Shown piece after piece: positions 27,162 through 37,900 of a DNA stretch of 54,750 bases. Made by a program: the position numbers and the translations under genes. The notes below the pieces were generated by a model. That model was given only the letters and a program-made list of their open reading frames with translations. It had not been told where the DNA came from and made no database searches. Source of the DNA: a virus (lineage: Duplodnaviria; Caudoviricetes). Each line of letters opens with the position of its first letter. The stretch's first letter is position 1. The stretch lies in IMG/VR virus record IMGVR_UViG_3300044695_003103, positions 1 through 54,750 of that record; one strand, given 5' to 3'.

Positions 27162-28250
27162 TTACAAGATTGATTTTTCTACGATGTGGTAAATTGGGTC
27201 AATAACAATAGGGTTATTGGCAGGAACAGTTACTGTTGCTTGAACATTAAATGCAATTCCTCCAGATGCGCTAAAATCCAAAGTATTTGTAAATGAAGGA
27301 GCATAAAATCCTGTATATGTACCATACCTTGTTGTTGTTGTCCAATCTACGGATACAATAACAGATGTTGCAGAAACCCTTATTGCGGTTAAAACATATT
27401 TAGTATGAGCAAAAGGAAATATATTAAACCCACCTCCTGATATAAAAACATTTGGCAAACCTGAATTAGCGTATTCAAAACCACTTCCTGCTGTAGCCGT
27501 ATATCCATGAGTAGAGTTGCTATCTACAGCATTAATACCAAGCATTCGCTTTGCTGTATTAAGAGGAGATGTAGTATTTGAATCAATACTATCTACAGCA
27601 ACATCATATATTGCACTTGTATTTTGATTGATTATTCGTGGACTAAAATAAATTTCCCCACCTGTGGCTCCACCAAGCGCAGCTAAACTATAATTAGACT
27701 TAAAAACACCGGTTACTTTTACAACACTTCCTAATGTTGGAAATGCTTGAAGTCCATTTACCGCTATTTCAAAACCTGCGAATACAACATTTCCTGATGT
27801 TGACTGTGTTACGGATGCTATTGAATAAGCACTCCCCAATAGCCCTGTACCATTAACGCCAGGCAAACCATTTTGTCCTTTGATGTTTAATTGTAAAACC
27901 CAACTAACTCCAATAAGTTTATATATATTACCTAATACTGTATCTAAGAAGAAGTCATTAACAACAGCACCTGCAACGGTAATTGTATTAGGATTTACTA
28001 CACCAGTAAACCACACATTTCCGTTTGTGCCTTTTATTGTTGTTATAACCGATACCCAAGGAAGCGATCCATTCCATTCGAAAATCTGCCCACTTGTAGT
28101 GTTCAAGTAATATTTAATATCAGCAGCTGGCGCACTTATTGGATTTCCTGCACCTGATGTCCAACCTGCTCCATTACTACCTGCTGGACCTTGTGTACCT
28201 TGTAATCCCGTTGGTATGTTTAATTGTCCTATTCTGTCTAAGAAGTCCAT
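27162..28250 (-). CDS. collagen-motif tail/fibre protein
   Basis: GLQGTQGPAG, W.SG.G.P / YLNT.SG.I repeats. Confidence 0.6.
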   Translation of the reverse strand: MDFLDRIGQLNIPTGLQGTQGPAGSNGAGWTSGAGNPISAPAADIKYYLNTTSGQIFEWNGSLPWVSVITTIKGTNGNVWFTGVVNPNTITVAGAVVNDFFLDTVLGNIYKLIGVSWVLQLNIKGQNGLPGVNGTGLLGSAYSIASVTQSTSGNVVFAGFEIAVNGLQAFPTLGSVVKVTGVFKSNYSLAALGGATGGEIYFSPRIINQNTSAIYDVAVDSIDSNTTSPLNTAKRMLGINAVDSNSTHGYTATAGSGFEYANSGLPNVFISGGGFNIFPFAHTKYVLTAIRVSATSVIVSVDWTTTTRYGTYTGFYAPSFTNTLDFSASGGIAFNVQATVTVPANNPIVIDPIYHIVEKSIL

Positions 28251-28263
28251 AGTTCTTATATTT

Positions 28264-28893
28264 TTATGAGCAACAACCGCACTCCGTACAGAGCTGATTT
28301 AATGCATCAATTTGTAATTGGGCTGATGATACATTCTGCAAACCAACATTTAAGAACAACATCTCAAAAGCTAATAGAATCTCCTCAAACTTTGATGTTG
28401 GCAATTGCTTATTGGCGTACTTAATTCCTGCTTCCTGAACACAAGAGGCAAATTGGCAAACAAAGAAAATCCACTTCTCTACAGAATACGTTGTTGTTCC
28501 GTTTGATACGTTGTATGTTACGAAGTATGTACCAACCTCTAAATCATCTTGCTGTGTTGTATCGTAAAGAAATTCTGAATCAATAGATTGATTTACAAAA
28601 GGGAATGTCGGATTAGTAATTTGACTAAACACATTTCTTGGACTTCCAAATTGGTCAACCACTACAGCATTCGTTATTACGTTCGCAGCAATCGTATAGT
28701 TTACATATATAGGGTTATCCCATGTAGACTTCTTTATCTCTAACTGAGCAAATGTAACGGCTGATGATGCGATGTTCGGTGCGCCATATCCACCTGTGTT
28801 TCCAGGAGTTGAATATACCCCTGTAGTATCGTTGAACAGCACTTCTTTGCAGTTGCTCTGCTGTTCAAATGTGAAATTCGGTTGAAGTGCCAT
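28264..28893 (-). CDS. tail hub-like structural protein
   Basis: DTTGVY...NTGGYGAPN; C-terminal CTECGCC. Confidence 0.5.
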   Translation of the reverse strand: MALQPNFTFEQQSNCKEVLFNDTTGVYSTPGNTGGYGAPNIASSAVTFAQLEIKKSTWDNPIYVNYTIAANVITNAVVVDQFGSPRNVFSQITNPTFPFVNQSIDSEFLYDTTQQDDLEVGTYFVTYNVSNGTTTYSVEKWIFFVCQFASCVQEAGIKYANKQLPTSKFEEILLAFEMLFLNVGLQNVSSAQLQIDALNQLCTECGCCS

Positions 28894-28917
28894 TTCAAAT
28901 TTTGTTGGTCAAAGTTA

Positions 28918-31900
28918 CTAATTTTTCAGTTTGTTTTCGGGTTTTATTTTTGAGTTAGCATCTAACCCCAATAAAAGAGTAGCATCAAATTCATCTGGCC
29001 ATATTAGATTAGCCTTTTCCTTTTGAGTATATGACTTTTTAAATCCTTCAATCATATCAGAAACATAATTGTACATATCTTGCTTATCTGCTTCGTATGG
29101 TATCTCTCCGCTTTGATAAAGGTTTTGATATATGGCTACTTGTCTACCAATGCGATAAAGAGAATCCATTGCTTTAGTAAAGGTTTTTTTGTCCATAGAT
29201 TCAAGTCTATCAATATTCATATCAACAAACTTACCTGCGAACTTAACAGTCATTTGATTTATCATTGTAACAGTTTCCTTATCCAACTGATAGTCATATA
29301 TCTGCTTGTCTTTTGCAGGATCAAACAAATCTGCATCTAAAGGCCTGAAACTAAGTTTATCCTTTCCTGTAGCTAACATATCTTGTTTAACCTCATTCTG
29401 GAGTTTTTCAAGTTCATCAGCACCACCCATTAGTTCGCTTCTACTAATATGAATTGGCAAGGCTTCGTTCGTGTTTAGTACAGGATTATAATTATTTTTT
29501 AGATATAAGCTTCTGTATCTGTCTTGTGGATATGGTTCGCCTATCGTAACTGAACCTGCAACCGGAAGAACCAATGTGAACTTATCCTTTACAGGTCTGC
29601 CCCAATAGTCTAATCCGTCTGTCTTTATAAATACATCTTCAGCCATTGTTCCTAAAGCAATCGTTGTATATAAATCGGTTGCAAGTTTTTTATTTTCACC
29701 TGTAAACGAATCATAAATTGCTTTGATTTCGGCTTGCGCTCTTTGATATGGAATAAGGTTCTTCAAAAAGCCACCGAGTTTTTTAGTACCATACTTTTGT
29801 AAAACTCCTTCATGCCTTTTTTCATCTTGCTCAGTTGTTTTAGGTTGAAGCACGTCTATAAGGTCATTAACAGATTTTGTCATATCTCTTATAGTACTTT
29901 GTTCTCCTGCCGTTGTTAAAACAAAAAGGAGATAGTTTCCTATTATTTCCTTAAACGACTCGTTTTCGCCTTCTTTCAAAGATTCAAGTGTTACATACTC
30001 TCCTTCTTTATCATAGAATGGCTTATTGTCCCTATAACCAAAATTCCAAATTTTATAGTTTTTACAGAACGCAACAGCAGAAAGTATTGGACCGAAAGCA
30101 AAGTCTTTGTAATCAAACCATTCTACTCCATTTATATATATTGTAGCTGGTCTATAACCAAGTTCTTCCTGTGCTTTTGTGATTCTAATGTTTGTTATTC
30201 CAGTCCACTTGAACGTAGCAGCAGCCTCCTTTTCTTCTTCATCGTCTTTATAAAGACCTTCTAATGCAGCATATAAACCTGCTGCTATAATGTTTGTAGT
30301 GGCAACGGTGGCAATCATCTGTTGCTTATCCAACTTAACAGCAGCCGGTATTTCAAATTCTCTCTCTGATGTTTTCCAATACTTGCCTCTGCTTCCTGTT
30401 AAAAGATACTTTGCTAATTGAGCAGCGTTTACAATAGGAAGTACCCTAATCATCATGCCTATGCCATTAAATGCTGCATTTACAAACAATGGCATCAATC
30501 CAACATACTTAGAGCCTTTTGTAACGGCATTAGTATTTATAAAATTATTTATAGATGTTGCGATTGCGCCCATTGAACCTCTTGGTGTAGCTAAAAATAC
30601 CATCTCTGAAGCGATTCTTGAAACGTAGTAGTCTACGTTTTTAGATACTTGTACAGCATCAAAAGGCATATTAGTCATCCAACCATTACGAGAAGCAATA
30701 TCTTGAAGTCTAACACTTTCTTGTGTATCTAAAATCTCTCTTACACGATATAGCCATTCGTTGTAAATCTTAGCATTTTTACTTGTTAATGAAGAAATTG
30801 TTTCTCCTGGTTTTAATAGAGATACTACCCTTGGGTCAAAAATTGGAAACTCATCAGGCTTCGTAAATCCTAATTGAGCATATAGCTGACCATTAATAAC
30901 GTCCTCTCTTGCTTGAGTCATTGCAGCAGAAACGCTATTTCCTGTTGGCTCAACAATTTGATTTACTAAATCAACTAATTGAATTTTGTTTAAAGACTTT
31001 AGACTCGGAGTTGTTTTTTGAAGTTCTTTTAAGAACTCGTAATAAACCTGCCTTTTCGTTATTGTTTGATTTAATGGAGTAGTCAAGGCATCAAATGCAG
31101 ACATCAATCTTCCGGCAGGAACTAAGAATGTACGCATAGCCATTCTCTCTCCTTTTGAGTTTGACTCACGAATCATTAACTCAACCGAATTAAGTCCTGA
31201 ACGCTTTACTTCTGATAAACGTGGCAGTCCTCTCAACGAACTATATACGTTATCAAAAACCTCATTCATTCTGTTTTCTAATATAAGTGTCTGTTGAACA
31301 CCGCTTGAATCTACATATGTAAATTCATTCATATAATCTTGAGGCATAAAGGCTGTGGCAGAAGATTGTTTTATAATCTCCATATCACCTCTTATTGCAG
31401 AAAAAAGAAGCCTTCCGCTTGTTCGTTGAATGTTTCCTGCTATTGCCCTATCAAAAGTGTTTAAAGAAAACAATATTCCATTATAAAAATACGATTCGAA
31501 TAACGCTGTTAAGTGCTTTAGCTTTTTTAAGAATCTTTGAAACCCTTTAGAGTTTTGATATTGTATATAAGCAGCTTGCTGATTAAACCTAAACAACGCT
31601 TGTTGTTTAGCTAAAGCACCTTGAGCGTTTGTATAACCTTGAGCTGCTGTTAAAAGAGTTTGCTGCTGTTGTGGTGTTAATTGGGTTGGTAAGTTAAAAC
31701 GCTGTGCTAATTTCATCATTGCATTGGCATTATTCAATGCACCATATGATATAGCCTTGATTAGTTTTAAGTTTTCTTTGTTTGTGCTTTTTGAAGGATT
31801 CTGTTGGAATATCAATTGCATCTCCTTGTTTAATCGTTGAAACGCAAGTCCTTCGTAGAAGTCTAATAATGATTCAGCAAACTCATTTACCTGTGCTTCG

Positions 31901-34900
31901 CTTAAAGGTATTTTAAGCTTTCCGTTTAGGTCATTTATTTGCGCAACAAGGATAGGCTTAACATCTTCTCTTGTTTCAGCCATTCCAAAGATTCCTTTTT
32001 CTTTTACACCTTTAAGAAGTTGTGATAATGCTTCTTTGTCAAAGTTCTGTCCATAGTTAAGTAATACCTTGATAGCATTTTTAACTTTGTTATCAAACTT
32101 AGAATCATCTCCAACTAACTGTTCGTATGTTTTAGTACCTGCATAAAAGTCTGCAATATCATCAAAGAATGTATTTCTGAAAGCTCTTGCTTTATTAGCT
32201 ACTTGAACAATCTGATTCGATTGAGTTCCTACAATATCTGGATTACCAAGAACATCTGTTATATGACTTATTGTTGCCTGTATTTTAGACTGAAGGAATA
32301 ATTCAGGTATCTGTTCATATATATACTGATATGCATTAACACCCTGTCCTAAATCAGTTCCATGTATAGCAAGGTCATAAAGAGCATCCTCTAATGCAAC
32401 CCTTGAATCTACAGATGGATTGGTCTTTTCAGTAGCAAGTCTTTCTTTTACTGCTTCTGCAATAATCATTGTCTTTATATCAGAGTTTATTGGATTGTTC
32501 ATTACAAACTCATAGGCTTGTTCTGCACCACCAAAATGCTCTAATAGGTCTTTTACATCTGCTTCTAATATCTCTCTCGTTCTCTTTTCGTACTGACCGA
32601 TAGTTCTAATCCTTGCAGCATCTTCTAAGAAACCTTCGCTCGCATACTTCTCTGCTATCCTTTCAAAAACAGCTCGTGTGTTTGATAACAATCCTGCTGT
32701 TGTATCAGGGAATAAACTTCCGATAGGAATATTAGGCAACTGCGGTAACGGTAATCCTTTAGCTTCATTAATCTGCTCTTGAGTAAATCCTTGTTGCAAT
32801 AAACCATCGTTTATGTTTTGGTCGCTAATATCAGGATTAAAGTCCTTTATGCTTTGTATGATCTGTTGGATTTGTTCTATTTCATTTTGACCTCCAGTAG
32901 CAGCCATTGCTTGTATTTTTGGACTTTCAGGACTGAATGTTCCAATGTTTCCGGTTGCTGATTTAATTTGATTGGGACTCTCTAATACTACTACAATCTG
33001 TTTATTATCGCTATAATATAGCCCATCTGTACGATCTCCTAAAGGCTTTCTATAATAAATATCTTGGAAATACTGACCTTGAAGTTTTTTGTAATTATCT
33101 GCATATCGTAATTTTTCTCTTTGTTCTTTAGTTACTGCATCATTAAAAAACTCAGGCCTTTTTATATTTAGAAATACAGGAATTACCCTGCTTGCCGTAT
33201 TTATGTCTTGATATTTATTAGTAATGGGATTATATTTAACATTCATGCTATCGTTCTCCATAGCATATCTACTCGCCTCTTCTGAATCAGTTGTAAACCA
33301 TGTTCCATTTTTAGGAACATTAAACTTATCAAAATCCTTATCTTTTGATGTTCCAGTAAACATTACTTGTGGCTCACCATTCTCATCAACTATTTTACTT
33401 GCATTCTGTGGGTCATTCTCCCAATCTCCAAACCAATTTTTAAATGCATTGGTCCTTACTTGTGTCCATTGTTGCTCATTAAGTTTTGTTGGTTGTCCAT
33501 TTGGAGCTTTCATGAATGTACCATCAGCCTTTGCTTTTGATACAATGTCCTGCATTTCTTGGTTTATTGTAGCAGCCATTGCCTGTGGACCAACAGCCAT
33601 ATCGCTTGGCTTTTCTTGCTTTATCTTATTGTACTCTTTTATAGCATTATCAAGCGTTATTTCTTTTTCATCAAGTTTGCTTATTAAATCTTCAATATTA
33701 CTAATTTGCTCCTCCCTTGAATTTATCTTATCTATAATATCTTTTTGCTTTGGATTTAAAAGACTGTAAACATCTTCATATTTACTATACTCAACATAAT
33801 CGTCATATGACAGAAATACATCATCGCTTGGAAATGCTTTTTTTAAAGCAGGAAGTTCATAGTCGTAAAAGTCATTAACAGCATTATTCAAATCAGACAT
33901 AGTTTTGCCTAATTTAGACTGATAAGACTCTTCTATCTTTTCTGAATTTCTTAATTTTTCAAGAAGCTCAGGGGCATCCTCAAATTTTTTACTTGAATTA
34001 TTATATTTCCATACTTTAGTTACATTTGTTTTGTCAGCCTTAGAGCCTTTCGACATACTTTCTCCGCCAACTATATCTATGTTACCAAACTCAACAAGTA
34101 TTTTCCCTGCCCCACTATGCTCTGATGCTGACTCAGGATTTCCCGAAATCCAATTGCCTTGCCTTGGAGAACCTCCCTCATATGTTTTATTTCCAACAAT
34201 AAGTTCATTAAACTCGCCTTCTCCCATTGAACGCCAACCATAATTAGTATTGTTTTTCAATTCTGGCTTATTGAAAATTGTATCATATGGTCCATATCCA
34301 CTTTCTTTTATTTTAGCCATTGCCTGAGGCCCCATCATATCAGCAGCTTTTACATCAAGCTTCTTCCCTTGCTTTACAGAGTCGGTGAACTTACGAGCTA
34401 CATCAGTAATTGAATCCTTATCAGTAATGGTTACGCCAAAATCAATACCAATTCTATTAAGTAGGTTGTTGATAAAGTCAGCAATCTTCTTGAACAGAGT
34501 TGTGTTCTGTGGAGGAAGTTTGATTTGACCATCAGCAACACGCGACATGAACTCTACGATAGCTTCTTTTTTAGCTTGAGTTCCTGTGTAATTATCAGTG
34601 CCGAATTTAATAACATCATCTACCCCTATAAGGAATTCTTTTAAACCGCTTAACTCATCAAATAGCCTGTCTATTACTTCAGGATTATTTTCTGCAAGCC
34701 AATCCAAAACAGGATGCGCTCCTTCGTGGAACACAAGATTACTTGAAGTTGCCAATGGTAAGTTGATGTGTATTTGGCTGCCATCTTTAGAGATGTAGAA
34801 TCCTTGATTTAAAGAGTCCTGTGGCTTACCACCTGCATCAATCCATGCCTTTGTATAAGTGCCTTGATTGTAGTGGATTGTTATAGAAGGATTTGTTGTA

Positions 34901-37900
34901 CCTAAAGCTTTCATAACGCCTTTGGCATCTTTCAACATCTTCTCTAACTTTTTGTTGCCTTGTTTTTTAGCTGTTTCAATTCCTTTGTCAATGTTATCAA
35001 GAGTGTATACAAACTCTCTTTGATTCATCATATTAGCAATGAAATTAGAAACACTTTCAGGCGTGTTCTCAAGTACTATTTCTTCTTCGGGCTTGGCTTC
35101 GCCTTGACCTTCTTGACCTGCTTCGGCAGCGACTTGAGATTCTGCTTTGGATTCTCCTTGCGCCATCGCTTCGCTAACTTCGGCTCCTGGCTGTACAGGT
35201 ACTTGACCTGCTGTTTGCTTTTGAACGGCATCTTCTTTTGTTTTTGGTTTAGCTGTTGTTGGCGGTGCTACCTCTACCTCTCTCATCACATCTTCAAATA
35301 CTTGCTCTACAAGTTGAGGTGCTGCACCAAGTTCTTCTATCTTTTGTGTTAAAGCAAGGTCGATTCCTCCACCTGGATCTTCAACAAATAATTCATTACC
35401 ATCAGGTAGTTTAAATCCATATCCAACAATGTCATCGTTGTTATCTCTTACGATAAATACTTCTGATTCAATTGGAATAGTTGTAGTATCAATACTTGCA
35501 ACTCTTTGACTTACTTTACCTCCTCCTCGCTTGGCAGGTCGAAGGAGGACACCTTTCTTACCTCCTGCGTTTTCAATTGCGGAAGCTTGGTCTTTAACCT
35601 TTCTTGCATCCGTAACAGGACGAGTGCTTGCTTTTCTTTCGGTAACAGTAACAGTCGTGCCTTTTGCGATGTTGTCATATGATTCAAATTTCTGTATTAG
35701 TCCTTCTGTAAGCGAAATTAAATCGCCTTTCTGTTGGTCGTTTAGGTTAAGCTGCTCAATCAAATCAAGCTTATTGTATAGGTTATCTAAAACCTGCGAC
35801 ATATAATTTCCATCAATGGTTTCATTCTTTGATACCATTGTTTCAACATCAGCTATTGGTCCACTCGATAAGCCTTCAAGGAACATATCAGAAGTGTTTG
35901 TTGAAATGCCTTCGGAAATCTCTGCTGTAGCTTCTGCTGCTTGTTCGCCTATTGATGCTTTAACCTTTTCTAACTCTGCTTTATATCGCTCATCAGACAT
36001 TAATGCTTCTAACTTATTTGTTAGTGAATCGGCAACAGACTTTTGATTGCTTGTAGGCTGAGGCTGTAAAAACGATAAACTAACATTTTGAGAAGCAAAG
36101 TCTAATAGAAACTGTCTGTCATTTGAAAGCTCTTCAACCATTTCAGGCGTATAGAATGACTGTGAACCATCTGCCAGTGTTAATATCATCAAATCAGTTT
36201 TCTTTGTGATTAAGAAATCCTGTATTTGCTTCTTAACGAAATCGCTTTTCTTATTTAGGGCTTCAATTACATTTGGGTCAGATTCAGTTTCTAATTGCTG
36301 TTGAATATTGTCGAGTTGGAAGTTAAGTGTTGTAAATACTCCACGTTCAGTAAAGTTCAACCTTTGGTTATTGGCTGTTTCAAATAGCGATTCAGACTTG
36401 GCGATAGTATTTGCAAATGAGTCTTTTTGTTTTGCATCAATTTCACCTGCTGTATATAAGCCTGTAATCATTGTATTAGCAAAGTCTACTCCTTTTGCAG
36501 TTACTAATCTCATTAAAAACTGCTGTGTCTTAGTATCGTTTAATCTACCATATCTTATGTCCTGAACAAACCCTCGTCCTACATCTTCTGCATCATTTAT
36601 AACACCTTGTTCTCTAAATGAGGACATTACTTGCCCACCGGCTCCTAATAAGAATACTGGAGCCGTTTCGATTGTAACTGTCTTGAACTTTTTAAATGCA
36701 GCCTGTTCAGCAGCATTAATGTCCTCTCCTGTTATTTTTTTAGCTAAGTAAGCACCAACGCCTTGATATGCTTCGCCAACTGCTTTTAATGCATTGGCAT
36801 CTTTCATTATTGCTTCTTCTGCAATGGTTTGAGGAAACTCTTGGATAACAGATTCTGTGAACAATTCAGTTGCTCCACCAACTAAAGCCTTTCTTCCAAT
36901 TGTTTTTGTTCCTTTTGCAAAAACACTTACAAATGGTAGTGATTCAGCACCATAAGCAAATAGTATAGACTTTTGAAAATCCCACATATTATTTGCTCTT
37001 TGTTCAGCCTTTACTGCATCTCCTGTTTCTTTTAACGTATCAAGATATACTTGATTTGCCATTTGCATAGATTCAGTAGCCCAACCTGCTAATGCACCTG
37101 CTGTCATAGTAGCTGGTAGTCCAAAACCTCCTGTTAATGCCGTAGCACCGGCTGTCGCTACCATACTTGGCAACATTGAACCTGCAAGATTACCAATTGA
37201 CTTTTGAAGCGATGTCCAATCAGCTAATGAGGACCAACTAACATCTTCTTTGGGAGCTAATACATCGCTGTTATTGGCCATATCTTTTCCAAGAACACGC
37301 ATTGGTTCTATACCAAATCCATTTCCTAATGACTCAAGAGCTGTTCCGATAGAATTAGTTAGCGAAATTCCTAAAACTTCTGTGTTCACAGGAATTAAAT
37401 ATGCTAAGTCTGTAACATCAAGCACACCACCATCTGCACTAAATACTGCCTTTGCAAACTTTGTAAATTCCGGAACCTTAAAGAAGCCTTCTCCAATAGA
37501 CTTTTCGTAGTCTAATCTCTTTTGCTTTTCTACTTCAAGCGTTTCATTTACAGAAATCCTATATGCATCTTGTAGTTTTTTTGTTGTGGCTTCGTCAAGA
37601 TTATACTTCTTAACAAAATCATTAAACTCATTAGTATATGCTGATTCAGATGCACGAACTATTTCTTCTTGTTGTCTTTTGAATCGCGCTTGATATTTGC
37701 TGTTTACAACATTTAGTTTGTCAGTTACCGAATTGAATAATTGAAGCTTATCTGCTTGATTTTGCGTAACTCCTGCTTCATAATTTGCAATAAGTTCGTT
37801 TTCTTTCTGAATAGCCTCTTGTTGTGATATAGCACCAGATTCAAACATTAACTTATTAGCTTCTAAAGCCTGATTGGTGACATCATAAGCTTGTTGCAAT

